64,000 nt of DNA from the NCBI GenBank assembly GCA_964464605.1, contig CAYXJN010000005.1, positions 62,001-126,000 on the forward strand. Direction: 5' to 3'. This document shows positions 48,827 through 58,181 of the stretch, piece after piece (the stretch's first letter is position 1; every line of letters begins with the position of its first letter). Both the position numbers and the translations under genes were made by a program. This DNA comes from an uncultured Ignavibacteriales bacterium. Lineage in GTDB: Bacteria; Zixibacteria; MSB-5A5; GN15; FEB-12. The notes beneath the pieces are model-generated. The model searched no databases, was not told the DNA's origin, and saw nothing but the letters and a program-made list of their open reading frames with translations.

Positions 48827-49794
48827 AAACGTATCTCAATTATGCAATTATGCCGGAATTTCTGCAGCGGTACTTTCCGGATTTATCAGCACGGCTTGTC
48901 GGGCTGGATCGGAATATCGATTCCGGTTATTTTGATATTGTTTCTTTTTTCGGAAAAGATGCAATCGATCCGGAAGATGTTCCGGTGTTTCATCAGGCGC
49001 AGCCGTATCAGTTTGTTAATAGCCGTATCGCCGCTTTTGCCGGAGAGCGTGAAGAGGAAATGAAACAGGCGGGGAGGTTGTACGAAGGACCTTTTGTGAC
49101 GCGCGTTGTGTCGGCACATATACGCAGCAAGCTTGCCTCAGTCACCGTGCAGCCGTGTCGTTATGGCGATCAGGCGGGAAGTTGTTTTTCACTCGATTGG
49201 CAGGATGAACGATTTGCCGAACACGGCGGCACGCTTCGTGAGTATTATAAACGGACGGTAAAGTCATCCGTAATTTCTGACATTCCCTTTCCGCTCTGTT
49301 TTGGCGTGTGCGGCTTTTTGCTTATCCGCAACGAAACTGAACCGGATACTATTCTCTTAATGCACCGTTCGGGGAGATTAGCTTCGTTAGAAAATTCCGT
49401 TGGGCCATCGATGGCCGGAGCAGTTGATTATGACAAAGCGGATGTAACTCTCGGCGCTATGCTTTTTCGAAGCGCGCATCAGGAAATTGCCGAAGAACTA
49501 TTCCTTACGCAAGATGAATACACGCTCGTGCCGTTAGCGTATGCGCGGGAAATTTTTCGCGGAGAACGGCCGCAGTTGTTTTGTTTGGTGGTCACCGATT
49601 TGTCCAGTCAGGAAATTGCGGAGCGTTTACATGCGGCAAAGACGCAAAAGAGTGAGTTTAGCCGTTTTGAATGGGTGCGGTTAGTTGACGGGAAACTGCC
49701 CGATAGCGCGCTTAGTACATTGAATCATGAAGCGCGGATGAGTTATTGGCTGATGCGTGAATATCTGAATTACGAAGCGAAAAAACCGCGTTAG
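48823..49794 (+). CDS. Hypothetical protein with NUDIX-like C-terminal fold
   Basis: LLMHRS...SMAGAVD...AHQEIAEEL resembles a Nudix box; ATGA-coupled to the EamA gene. Confidence 0.55.
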   Translation: MKTYLNYAIMPEFLQRYFPDLSARLVGLDRNIDSGYFDIVSFFGKDAIDPEDVPVFHQAQPYQFVNSRIAAFAGEREEEMKQAGRLYEGPFVTRVVSAHIRSKLASVTVQPCRYGDQAGSCFSLDWQDERFAEHGGTLREYYKRTVKSSVISDIPFPLCFGVCGFLLIRNETEPDTILLMHRSGRLASLENSVGPSMAGAVDYDKADVTLGAMLFRSAHQEIAEELFLTQDEYTLVPLAYAREIFRGERPQLFCLVVTDLSSQEIAERLHAAKTQKSEFSRFEWVRLVDGKLPDSALSTLNHEARMSYWLMREYLNYEAKKPR

Positions 49795-50267
49795 AACGCG
49801 GTTTCAAGCTGCACGGCAAAGAAAAAGAATGCCCAGGTAGCCACCAGAATACCGCGGATATCAAGCGCCCATTCTTTTCCAATCAGAAAAATCAGACAAG
49901 CAAGGGTAAGACCGAAGAACAGGGAGAAAAACCCGGCTTTGGAGCGGGCCATAATCCAATTGATAAGCGTGTACAAAAGAAAGAGTGCTACCAGCGCAGG
50001 AGCGAATAACAGCACCAGCCAGCTCCAGAGATTTAAAACCGGTATGACAAACGCCGCCTGGCTGTCGGGCGGAATGTTCAGCAGATAATAGACATGCGCT
50101 GCTGCAAAAAAAAGCCCGACTGCGCCGTACAACGATCCTTCCATATGATCTTCTCGCAACGAGCGAAGCGCTGTAATGATAAAAAAGATCGAGCCGACCA
50201 ATAAGCCGACCAAAAGCATAAAGGAACTGTCGGCGAAAATTTTTACGAGTTCTATTTCTGCATTCAT
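49791..50267 (-). CDS. Hypothetical integral membrane protein
   Basis: 158 aa with about five hydrophobic helices; GAGG RBS. Confidence 0.75.
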   Translation of the reverse strand: MNAEIELVKIFADSSFMLLVGLLVGSIFFIITALRSLREDHMEGSLYGAVGLFFAAAHVYYLLNIPPDSQAAFVIPVLNLWSWLVLLFAPALVALFLLYTLINWIMARSKAGFFSLFFGLTLACLIFLIGKEWALDIRGILVATWAFFFFAVQLETAF

Positions 50268-50356
50268 GGGGGCACCTCTTCTTCTTGCCCGTTATCCTGT
50301 AACCGGCATGCCAAACAGAGACAAAAGTGCACGTGCCGGATAACTGCTTATTGGAC

Positions 50357-50389
50357 AATAAAAAACAGCCTCGATACGCGAGGCTGTTT
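50357..50389 (-). terminator. Intrinsic terminator of the serine operon
   Basis: Minus strand AAACAGCCTCG-CGTAT-CGAGGCTGTTT followed by TTTATT. Confidence 0.85.
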
Positions 50390-50431
50390 GCGTTGACTAC
50401 TTTGAAATGAGTTGCAGAGTATGCAACGGGA

Positions 50432-51517
50432 TCAGGAGTTTTTCTTGCGGAACTCTTCCATAAATCCGGCTAACTGCTGGGTTCCCTCAAGCGTCATGGC
50501 GTTATACAACGACACGCGAACGCCGCCGACCGAGCGGTGTCCTTTAAGGCCGATAAATCCGGCCGCTTTGGCTTCGGAAAGGAATTTGGTTTCCAATTCC
50601 TCGGACGGCAACCGTAAGGTGATATTCATCCAGCTGCGAGAATTTTTTTGAACGGTTCCTTTGAAATAATCAGGGTAACTGTCCATCAGTTGATAAATCG
50701 CATCTTTCTTCGCCCGGTTTACTTTTTCGACCGCTTCCAGACCTCCCTGCTTTTTTATCCAGAGCATTACCAGACGCATCATGTAAATCGAAAAGACCGG
50801 CGGTGTATTAAACAGTGATTTCTCAGCCGCATGCGTGTTGTAGTTAAACATGGTGCCGAGTGATGCCGGCGAGCGGGGGAGCAGGTCTTCCCGAATAATC
50901 ACCAGCGTTACTCCGGCCGGGCCGAGGTTTTTTTGTGCACCGGCATAGATCAACGCGAATTTTGTGAAATCGCGGCGGCGGGATGCTATATCGGATGACA
51001 TGTCGCACACCATCGGTACTGATCCGGAATCGGGGAACTGGTCATACTGCGTACCGAAGATGGTGTTGTTTGATGTAACATGCAGATACGCGGCATCCTG
51101 CGGGGTTTTGATTTCGGCGATGTTCGGGATATAGGCATATTTATCCGCCTTGCTGGATGCGATAACATTAACGTTCCCGACCTTCTTTGCCTCTTTGATT
51201 GCTTTCTCTGCCCAGACACCAGTGTCGATATAGGCGGCGGCTTGTCCGGGCGTCAATAGATTCATCGGCACTAACGAAAACTGGGAAAACGCGCCTCCCT
51301 GCATGAACAGCACTTTGTAATTGTCACCAAGCCCGAACAATTCATGCACCAGCGCCATCGCGCCGTCGTTGATTTCATCATATTCTTTCGTGCGATGGGA
51401 AATTTCCATCACCGACATTCCGGTTCCTTTGTAGTCGAGCAGTTCCTGCTGCGCAGTTTGGAGGACTTCCAGCGGAAGTGTCGACGGTCCGGCATTAAAG
51501 TTTTGTACGCGTTTCAT
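50432..51517 (-). CDS. serC: Phosphoserine aminotransferase
   Basis: NFNAGPS, SVMEISHR, QGGA, NNTIFG, DMSSD, YAGAQKNLGPAG, NTPP, GHRSVGG. Confidence 0.97.
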   Translation of the reverse strand: MKRVQNFNAGPSTLPLEVLQTAQQELLDYKGTGMSVMEISHRTKEYDEINDGAMALVHELFGLGDNYKVLFMQGGAFSQFSLVPMNLLTPGQAAAYIDTGVWAEKAIKEAKKVGNVNVIASSKADKYAYIPNIAEIKTPQDAAYLHVTSNNTIFGTQYDQFPDSGSVPMVCDMSSDIASRRRDFTKFALIYAGAQKNLGPAGVTLVIIREDLLPRSPASLGTMFNYNTHAAEKSLFNTPPVFSIYMMRLVMLWIKKQGGLEAVEKVNRAKKDAIYQLMDSYPDYFKGTVQKNSRSWMNITLRLPSEELETKFLSEAKAAGFIGLKGHRSVGGVRVSLYNAMTLEGTQQLAGFMEEFRKKNS

Positions 51518-51546
51518 AGTTTATTATTCATCTTCATCGGTTTGAA

Positions 51547-52431
51547 TCAACGAAGATGTCCTTTCGTATAATCAGCGATAGTCCGTTCGATCATCGATCC
51601 GATACGCAGCATGTTCTCTTTCGAGGATGCGCCGATATGCGGGGTACAGATAACATTCGGTGCGGTGAAAAGCGGTGAAGTGCCGGGTGGTTCAGGATCG
51701 AATACATCAGTCGCATAGCCACCCAATTTTCCGCTTTTGAGGGCATCGGCTATATCTTGCTCCACCACGATCGCGCCGCGGCTGGTGTTGATGATATAGG
51801 CGCCATCTTTGAACAGTTTTAATGTTTCTTTATTTATCATGCCGCGGGTTGCCTCTTTCAGCGGCATATGGAGCGATACAAAGTGCGCGTCCGCGACCGC
51901 TTCTTTCAGCGTGTTGCGGATTTCAGCGAAATCGGTGAAGTGGACATCGGGGTGGTATCCGATAACATGCATATGAAACCCGCGTGCCCGCACGGCCAGC
52001 GCCAAGCCGATTCGTCCCAATCCTAAAATGGCGAGGGTTTTGCCGGTCAGCTCCATCCGTTCGAAATCATTCTTCAGCCATTTTCCTTCTTTGGTAGTGT
52101 TGTTGGCCGGAATCAGATGGTTTGGCATGGCAATCATCAAGGCGAAAGCAAGTTCCGCTACCGCCGTCGTGGATGCTTCTGCCGTATTTTTGCAGATAAT
52201 CCCTTTTTCAGCGGCGTACTCGGTATCGATCGTATCCATCCCGACGCCTCCGCGAATGACTAATTTGAGCTTGGGAGCGGAGTCGATGTAGTCACGATTG
52301 ACTTTCGTTTTGCTGCGCACGAGCACGATGTCGGCATCTTTCAGGCGTGATTTATCTTCGGTTATCTCGCCGTACTGAGCAAGCAAATTGGGAAGTGTCT
52401 CATCGAAAGCATCTGATATGAGAATAAGCAT
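51547..52431 (-). CDS. serA: D-3-phosphoglycerate dehydrogenase-like 2-hydroxyacid dehydrogenase (short form, no ACT)
   Basis: RGGVGMDTID, AVAEL, GLGRIG, LHMP, NTSRG, DVFDPEP, TPHIGASS; adjacent to serC. Confidence 0.8.
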   Translation of the reverse strand: MLILISDAFDETLPNLLAQYGEITEDKSRLKDADIVLVRSKTKVNRDYIDSAPKLKLVIRGGVGMDTIDTEYAAEKGIICKNTAEASTTAVAELAFALMIAMPNHLIPANNTTKEGKWLKNDFERMELTGKTLAILGLGRIGLALAVRARGFHMHVIGYHPDVHFTDFAEIRNTLKEAVADAHFVSLHMPLKEATRGMINKETLKLFKDGAYIINTSRGAIVVEQDIADALKSGKLGGYATDVFDPEPPGTSPLFTAPNVICTPHIGASSKENMLRIGSMIERTIADYTKGHLR

Positions 52432-52436
52432 CTATT

Positions 52437-53675
52437 TCATCCTTTTCTATCGATCATATAGGTAACTAATCCATCTTTGAGTTTTGGCTCAAACCAGGTG
52501 GATTTAGGAGGCATAACTTCACCGGCATCCGCGATTGCAAACAACTGCTGAATGCTTACCGGATACATCGAAATCGCCAGTTTGAATTCTCCGGAATCGA
52601 CTAAGCGAACCAGCTCGCCGATTCCGCGGATACCGCCGACAAAATCGATTCGTTTATCCGTCCGTATTTCCCGAATACCAAGCACCGGATCAAGAAAATT
52701 TCGGGTTAGGATTTCGGAATCTAACGAGAGCGACGGGTGCTTGGCGTCATAACTGCCGATTCGCGCTTCAAGCAGATACCATTTGCGGTCCATATACAGC
52801 CCGAACATATGGACATGCTTTGGCTCGACGGGCAATGATGATGGGGCGATCGCGAAGTTCTGCCGGATTTTTTGCAGCACTGATTCCGGGGTAAATCCGT
52901 TCAAATCTTTGACGACCCGGTTGTAGGGAAGAATAGTCATCTCTTTATCCGAAAACAGCACATTCAAAAACCAGCCGTAGGAATTGTTGCCATTAGCTCC
53001 GGACATTTGCTCGGCGACCATCGAGGCTGCTTCCGAGCGATGATGTCCGTCGGCAATATACAATGCTTCCAGCCGCGCGAACAGATCGACTAAGTTATGA
53101 ATGATTTCGGTATCGGTAATTACCCAGAGTTCATGGCGAACGTCGTAATCGGACACAAAGTCATATTCCGGTTCTTCGTTTTGTATCCGGACAAAGATTG
53201 TTTCGATTTCCGGTTGGGCGTGAAACGCAGACATTACCGGTCCTACTTGTGCATTTAACGTTGTTATATGCTTTGCCCTGTCATGTACTTTTTCCGGCCG
53301 GGTATGCTCATGTTTTTTTATCAGCCCGCGATGGTAATCATCAACCGCCGTCAGGGTAACCAAGCCGGTCTGACTGTGTTCATCCATTGTCATGCGATAG
53401 AGATAAAAACAGGGGGCGGAATCGGTGAAGAGGGTGCCATCGGAGACAAACTTAGTCAGGTTTTCTTTTCCTTTGGCGTAGACTTCATCGCTGTAGGGAG
53501 AAACGGAGGTTGGCAGATCTATTTCCGGTTTATTGACATGCAAAAAGGAAAGCGGGTTGCCGCTCGCCTGCTGACGGGCTTCCTCGGAAGAAAGCACATC
53601 GTAAGGTGGCGCAACAACACGGGAGACCAAATCCTGTTTTGGCCTGAGTCCTTTAAATGGTCGAATAAGCGGCAT
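52437..53675 (-). CDS. DUF1015 family protein
   Basis: IRPFKG, PPYDV, IKKHEHT, YIADGHHR, MPPKSTWFEPKL. Confidence 0.92.
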   Translation of the reverse strand: MPLIRPFKGLRPKQDLVSRVVAPPYDVLSSEEARQQASGNPLSFLHVNKPEIDLPTSVSPYSDEVYAKGKENLTKFVSDGTLFTDSAPCFYLYRMTMDEHSQTGLVTLTAVDDYHRGLIKKHEHTRPEKVHDRAKHITTLNAQVGPVMSAFHAQPEIETIFVRIQNEEPEYDFVSDYDVRHELWVITDTEIIHNLVDLFARLEALYIADGHHRSEAASMVAEQMSGANGNNSYGWFLNVLFSDKEMTILPYNRVVKDLNGFTPESVLQKIRQNFAIAPSSLPVEPKHVHMFGLYMDRKWYLLEARIGSYDAKHPSLSLDSEILTRNFLDPVLGIREIRTDKRIDFVGGIRGIGELVRLVDSGEFKLAISMYPVSIQQLFAIADAGEVMPPKSTWFEPKLKDGLVTYMIDRKG

Positions 53676-53753
53676 ATTTCCTCATCCGGCGTTCACACTA
53701 CTCGGTGAGGCAGAAATATATGTTCGGCTACGCTCAATTCAAGCCATTTGTCC

Positions 53754-55841
53754 TCACTGGACGTTCAAAGTCCAGAAAAGGAAACTGAGTGTTCTGGCCT
53801 GATTGTCGATTGATTTGGTAAGCGCTTCCCCACCGGCATGACCCGCTTCGACATCGTAATCGAGCATAATCGGCCGTTTCCCGGCAGATGCAGCCTGTAA
53901 CAGCGCGGTCATTTTGCGGGCATGGGCCGGAGCAACCCGGGTATCGGCATCACCGGTGACAAACAGAGTAGCCGGATAATCGACCCCTTGCTGCACGTTA
54001 TGATAGGGCGAATACGCTTTCAAATACGGGAACTGATTGACGCTGTCCGCGGAGCCGTATTCTGATACCCAGAATGAGCCGACGAGAAGTTTGTGAAAGC
54101 GAATCATATCCAAAAGAGGGTACGTGCAAATCACTGCCGCGAAGAGATCCGGACGCTGGACTTCGCAGGCGCCGACTAACAAACCGCCGTTACTGCCGCC
54201 GTTGATAGCCAGTTTCGATGAGTTAGTGTACTTATTGGCAATCAGCCATTCACCGGCTGCGATAAAGTCATCGAAGGTATTCTGCTTCTTTTCGAACTTG
54301 GCGGCTTCATGCCACGTTTCGCCGAATTCTCCACCACCACGCAGACTGGGGATCGCATAGACGCCCCCTTTGGAAAGCCAGACTGCTGTTGTGGTTGAGT
54401 AAAATGGGGTAACACTGCTTGAAAATCCGCCGTAGCCGTACATCAAAGTTGGACGCGCGCCATCGAGCATGAGCCCTTTTTTGTGAACAACGAACATCGG
54501 AATTTTGGTGCCATCTTTCGAGGGATACCAGACCTGCTTGACTTCGACTGAATCAGCGGCGATAGCCGTTGGTCCCTGATACCAGATCGATTTTTCATTG
54601 TTTTTCAAATCGACCAGATAGGCAGTTGAAGGCTGATTGAAAGAGGCAAAAGTATAACCGATTCTTGAATTGTCCCATCGTCCGGTTATATCGCTCAATG
54701 TTCCGATATTCGCGCTTGAAAGCAGCTCACTTACTTTTTGTCCGGCTGTGTCATACACGACCGCTAACGAAGCTACATTGTGCAGATAGTGGGCGACTAC
54801 TTTTCCGCCAACCAGTGCAATTTCCTCTAATGCGTCATTCTGTTCCGGAATAATCTCTTTCCAGTTTTCCTGGGCAGGGTTGCGTAGGTCGATCCGGATT
54901 ACCCGTTCGTTGGGTGCCTGCCAATCGGTCTTTAGGAAAATCCAATTGTCAACCACGCCGCCGTTAAACTGTGCTTCGATGTTATTCGTCACCAACGTAA
55001 CTGGGCCATTGTTCGCGAGATCTTTGGCATAGATTTCAATTTTCTTTGAGGCCGAACCTTCATACACAAAAATAAGCAAGTATTTCCCGTCCTCGGACAA
55101 TGACGATGCGGCCTGTTTTCCCTCGGCTAAGTGCTCGCCAAACAGTCTGATATCGGACGCCCATGGGGTTCCGATGCGATGGCTCATAACGTGACTGGTA
55201 TGGTTGGTATCATAGCGGGTGTAGTACATCATCTGTTTGTCCGGAGTTATCTCGACACTGAAATACCGGGCACGGGGAAGGGTGTCGGCTAAATAGGCGC
55301 CGGTGGTCAAGTTAAGAATACGCCATTGTTCTTCATCTTCACCGCCGTGACGGACGCCATACCACAGCATCGTACCGTCAGGGGAAACTTGATAGGTACT
55401 GATAGTTACTGAATTATCCGAGCTTAACATGGCCGGTGAAATCAGAATACTATCTTTCCCGTTTCTGCCATTACGAACGCAGAGAGAAAACTGTTCTTCC
55501 GTAGTCAGGCGGCGTGAGAAGAAGTATTTATCTCCTACAATTTTTGGAAGTTTGTACCAGTCGACTCGGCGCAAACGGGCAAGTTCCGCCTTTAAATCTT
55601 TCATGTCGCCGACTTGTTCGGCGAACATTCTCTTGGTGTAGCTGTTTTGTGAATCGATCCAGGCACGAGTTTCAACGCTTTGTTGATCCTCAAGCCAGCG
55701 ATAGGGATCAGCAATAGCGACACCGTGCAGCGTATCAACGATGTTATCAGTGCGGGTTGTCGGCGGTGTCGTTTGTGCGTGAATACCGGAAGTAAGGGAA
55801 ATCAAAAAGAGGCTTACAAACAGCAAATGGCGGGAGGTCAT
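53754..55841 (-). CDS. Prolyl oligopeptidase (S9A), secreted
   Basis: Signal peptide; DPYRWLED, SKDGTKIPM, YGYGGF, RGGGEFG, GGSNGGLL, DTRV, AGH. Confidence 0.95.
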   Translation of the reverse strand: MTSRHLLFVSLFLISLTSGIHAQTTPPTTRTDNIVDTLHGVAIADPYRWLEDQQSVETRAWIDSQNSYTKRMFAEQVGDMKDLKAELARLRRVDWYKLPKIVGDKYFFSRRLTTEEQFSLCVRNGRNGKDSILISPAMLSSDNSVTISTYQVSPDGTMLWYGVRHGGEDEEQWRILNLTTGAYLADTLPRARYFSVEITPDKQMMYYTRYDTNHTSHVMSHRIGTPWASDIRLFGEHLAEGKQAASSLSEDGKYLLIFVYEGSASKKIEIYAKDLANNGPVTLVTNNIEAQFNGGVVDNWIFLKTDWQAPNERVIRIDLRNPAQENWKEIIPEQNDALEEIALVGGKVVAHYLHNVASLAVVYDTAGQKVSELLSSANIGTLSDITGRWDNSRIGYTFASFNQPSTAYLVDLKNNEKSIWYQGPTAIAADSVEVKQVWYPSKDGTKIPMFVVHKKGLMLDGARPTLMYGYGGFSSSVTPFYSTTTAVWLSKGGVYAIPSLRGGGEFGETWHEAAKFEKKQNTFDDFIAAGEWLIANKYTNSSKLAINGGSNGGLLVGACEVQRPDLFAAVICTYPLLDMIRFHKLLVGSFWVSEYGSADSVNQFPYLKAYSPYHNVQQGVDYPATLFVTGDADTRVAPAHARKMTALLQAASAGKRPIMLDYDVEAGHAGGEALTKSIDNQARTLSFLFWTLNVQ

Positions 55842-55922
55842 AGTGATTCCTTTGTTTTGTTCGCATTATCGAATGCGTACAGGATATACTGCTTTCTCTC
55901 GTATGACAAGCTGGTCGATGCC

Positions 55923-55954
55923 AAATAAAAAAGGCCGGAGGGTATCCGGCCTTT
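55923..55954 (-). terminator. Intrinsic terminator of the SWIB gene
   Basis: Minus strand AAAGGCCGGA-TACCC-TCCGGCCTTT followed by TTTATTT. Confidence 0.85.
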
Positions 55955-55973
55955 GTGAACGTAAATCGTCGAT

Positions 55974-56378
55974 TTACTTCATGTGCTTGGAAACGAGCTT
56001 GGTCATCTCGAACATAGAGACCTTGCTCTTGCCGCCGAAAATGCGTTTCAGCTTTTCGTCAGCATTGATTAAGCGGCGGTTGACTGCATCCTGCAGACCA
56101 TTGCGCTTGATATACGCCCAAAGCTTTTTGGTAACTTCGGTGCGCGGCTGCGGCGCGTTGCCGACAACAGCACCCAAGTCTTCAGACAGCGTAAGCGGCT
56201 TCATGAACGCCGGGTTCGGTTTGCGCTTGCTGGCTGCTTTTTTGGTAGCCTTCTTCGCAGTTTTTTTCTTGGCTGCTTTTTTAGTGGCCTTCTTGGTGCC
56301 TTTTTTCTTGGTAGCCTTTTTGGTGGCTTTCTTCTTGGTAGCCTTTTTGGTTTTCTTCTTGGCTTTCTTCGCTGGCAT
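55974..56378 (-). CDS. SWIB/MDM2-domain protein with histone H1-like Lys/Ala/Thr-rich N-terminus
   Basis: ATG 56378 with AAGGAG RBS; KKATKK repeats then FMKPL.LS..L..VVG...PRTEVTKKLWAYIKRNGLQD...INADEKL...SMFEMTKLVSKH. Confidence 0.92.
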   Translation of the reverse strand: MPAKKAKKKTKKATKKKATKKATKKKGTKKATKKAAKKKTAKKATKKAASKRKPNPAFMKPLTLSEDLGAVVGNAPQPRTEVTKKLWAYIKRNGLQDAVNRRLINADEKLKRIFGGKSKVSMFEMTKLVSKHMK

Positions 56379-56593
56379 CTGTTGCTCCTTTGCGTTAAGG
56401 TTTGCTGCCTGTTGCGTTTTGTTTTCTGTTTTGTTTCGAGAATGTCGTTGTCTCAGTGTCAACAACCTCTCATTTCCGGTGCCAATTAAGATGTGACGTT
56501 AGTGTATTGCAAGGAAAATTATCAATTTCAGAGGAGTTTTTTCACTTTTTTCAGAGGGAAAACAGCGTGATGCGATCTGTTTTCAGAGGAGAG

Positions 56594-57781
56594 TTACGCC
56601 CTCGCGAGTTCGATTATCGGTACTTCACGAGGACATCCGAGCCGGAACGGGAACCAGTGACCGGCGCCTGATGTGGTGTAGAGTGTCGTGTTTTTCTTCC
56701 GGTATTCTCCCCAGAGATATGCTTCGGGGAAGAACGGTTCGAAGGCGGAACGGCCAAAAAGTCCGACCTGTCCGCCATGGGTATGCCCGGCTAAAACGAG
56801 GTTTATGCCTCTGTCGGAAGCGACATCGAGCGCATTCGGACGATGACTCATCAGAATGGTAAAACTATTCTTTTGAGCCTGTTGCAGGGAGGAATCAATG
56901 CATTTCTCGAAGAAATTCGGATACTCACCACCCATAGAACGGGGATCATCGATAGCGGCGACAAAAAGTTCTGCACCGCCGTCGGTGATAGGTATGCCTG
57001 TGTTTACTAACAAGGGAACCGGTGAGGCGTCGAACAGACGTCTGACCTCGCGTATCCCCCGGAAATACTCATGATTTCCCAGGCTGGCGAAGGTTCCGAG
57101 CCTCGGTTTGATACTATCGATCATCACTAACGCCTCCCCCAACTGGGTAAGGTCATCGGCAACATCACCGGTTACCAGTACTAAATCCGGTTTGTGCGCA
57201 GCGGCCTCGGCGACAATATCCTCAAGGCTTGAAAGGGTGATGTAATGGTTCAGATGCAGGTCTGAAAGCTGCAAAATGCGTAATCCGGCGAATTGCGGGG
57301 GAAGATTCGGAAATTTCAGCGTACGCGTTTCCATGCAGACATCGGTGAAAGACCAGCCGACCCCTTTGACAGCTGCACCGACGGTGATAATCGGTACGGC
57401 AGCAGCAGCAGTTTTTAAGAATATGCGGCGATTCGGGTCGACAACTTCCTGCGGTGTTTTTTTTCGCTTGGTTCGTTCGGATATCCAGTGAATGAGATTA
57501 AGCAGGCCGGAAATCGGCAAGGACAGCATAAGTGCAGCAAGCGCGACGAATGAAAGCGCGGCTAAAAGCGCCGCAGGTGGAGCGACATAGGTCCATTTCT
57601 GGTATTCGGCAACTCCCCAAAGAGTGATTGATACTATACCGATGAGCGGTAGAAACCAGGCGGTAAGTCGTATCCAGCGTTTTTGCCACCAGTCACGATG
57701 CAGAATGCGAAGCAGCAAAAGCGTGATAATTCCCGAACCGGAAATGACTACGACGGAGAATATGACCGGAAAAAATCTCAT
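56594..57781 (-). CDS. Membrane-anchored metallophosphoesterase (YkuE-like)
   Basis: Three TM helices, NRRIFLK, SDLH, TGD, GNHE, SHRP, GHTHGGQ, PFRLG; ATG 57781 preferred. Confidence 0.92.
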   Translation of the reverse strand: MRFFPVIFSVVVISGSGIITLLLLRILHRDWWQKRWIRLTAWFLPLIGIVSITLWGVAEYQKWTYVAPPAALLAALSFVALAALMLSLPISGLLNLIHWISERTKRKKTPQEVVDPNRRIFLKTAAAAVPIITVGAAVKGVGWSFTDVCMETRTLKFPNLPPQFAGLRILQLSDLHLNHYITLSSLEDIVAEAAAHKPDLVLVTGDVADDLTQLGEALVMIDSIKPRLGTFASLGNHEYFRGIREVRRLFDASPVPLLVNTGIPITDGGAELFVAAIDDPRSMGGEYPNFFEKCIDSSLQQAQKNSFTILMSHRPNALDVASDRGINLVLAGHTHGGQVGLFGRSAFEPFFPEAYLWGEYRKKNTTLYTTSGAGHWFPFRLGCPREVPIIELARA

Positions 57782-57936
57782 CGGGTTGTTCCCCGGGCTC
57801 TTGTACCAAGCGGCATTGGGCAATTCATTTGTTGTTTTGTACGCCGAAAATAATCAACTGTTCGCCAAGAGTGATAAAATTAGCAGGGAATTTGAGGGAA
57901 TTCACTCGTATAATACCAAAGGAGAAATTACGACAG

Positions 57937-58176
57937 ATGACCGAACCAGCTTCCGATAACGGCCGCTTGCCGATTCCCGAACCGACCACAACAGAACCGG
58001 TGGATGCGCCGCCGAAAAAACGGCGGGGATTTCTTCGGTTTCCCCGGTCTTGGGCGGAGGTTAAGAAACTCGGATGGAAATTCATCGTTGGGTTTATACT
58101 TTTCTATCTGGTTCGGGATGTTATTCTGTACATCATCATCCCGTACCTGATTTACAAAGGGGTTATTGGGAAATAA
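57937..58176 (+). CDS. Small membrane protein (79 aa)
   Basis: AAGGAG RBS before ATG 57937; KKLGWKFIVGFILFYLVRDVILYIIIPY hydrophobic tail. Confidence 0.75.
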   Translation: MTEPASDNGRLPIPEPTTTEPVDAPPKKRRGFLRFPRSWAEVKKLGWKFIVGFILFYLVRDVILYIIIPYLIYKGVIGK

Positions 58177-58181
58177 CCCGC

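Noticed and set aside
50299..50314. Sigma54-like motif TGGCATGCCGGTTACA upstream of the membrane protein gene
   Set aside because: Good -24 element, but -12 is TTAC, lacking the conserved G; insufficient alone.
55843..56496. 217-aa plus-strand ORF with hydrophobic FLVAFF repeats
   Set aside because: Antisense shadow of the Lys-rich KKATKK repeats of the SWIB gene.
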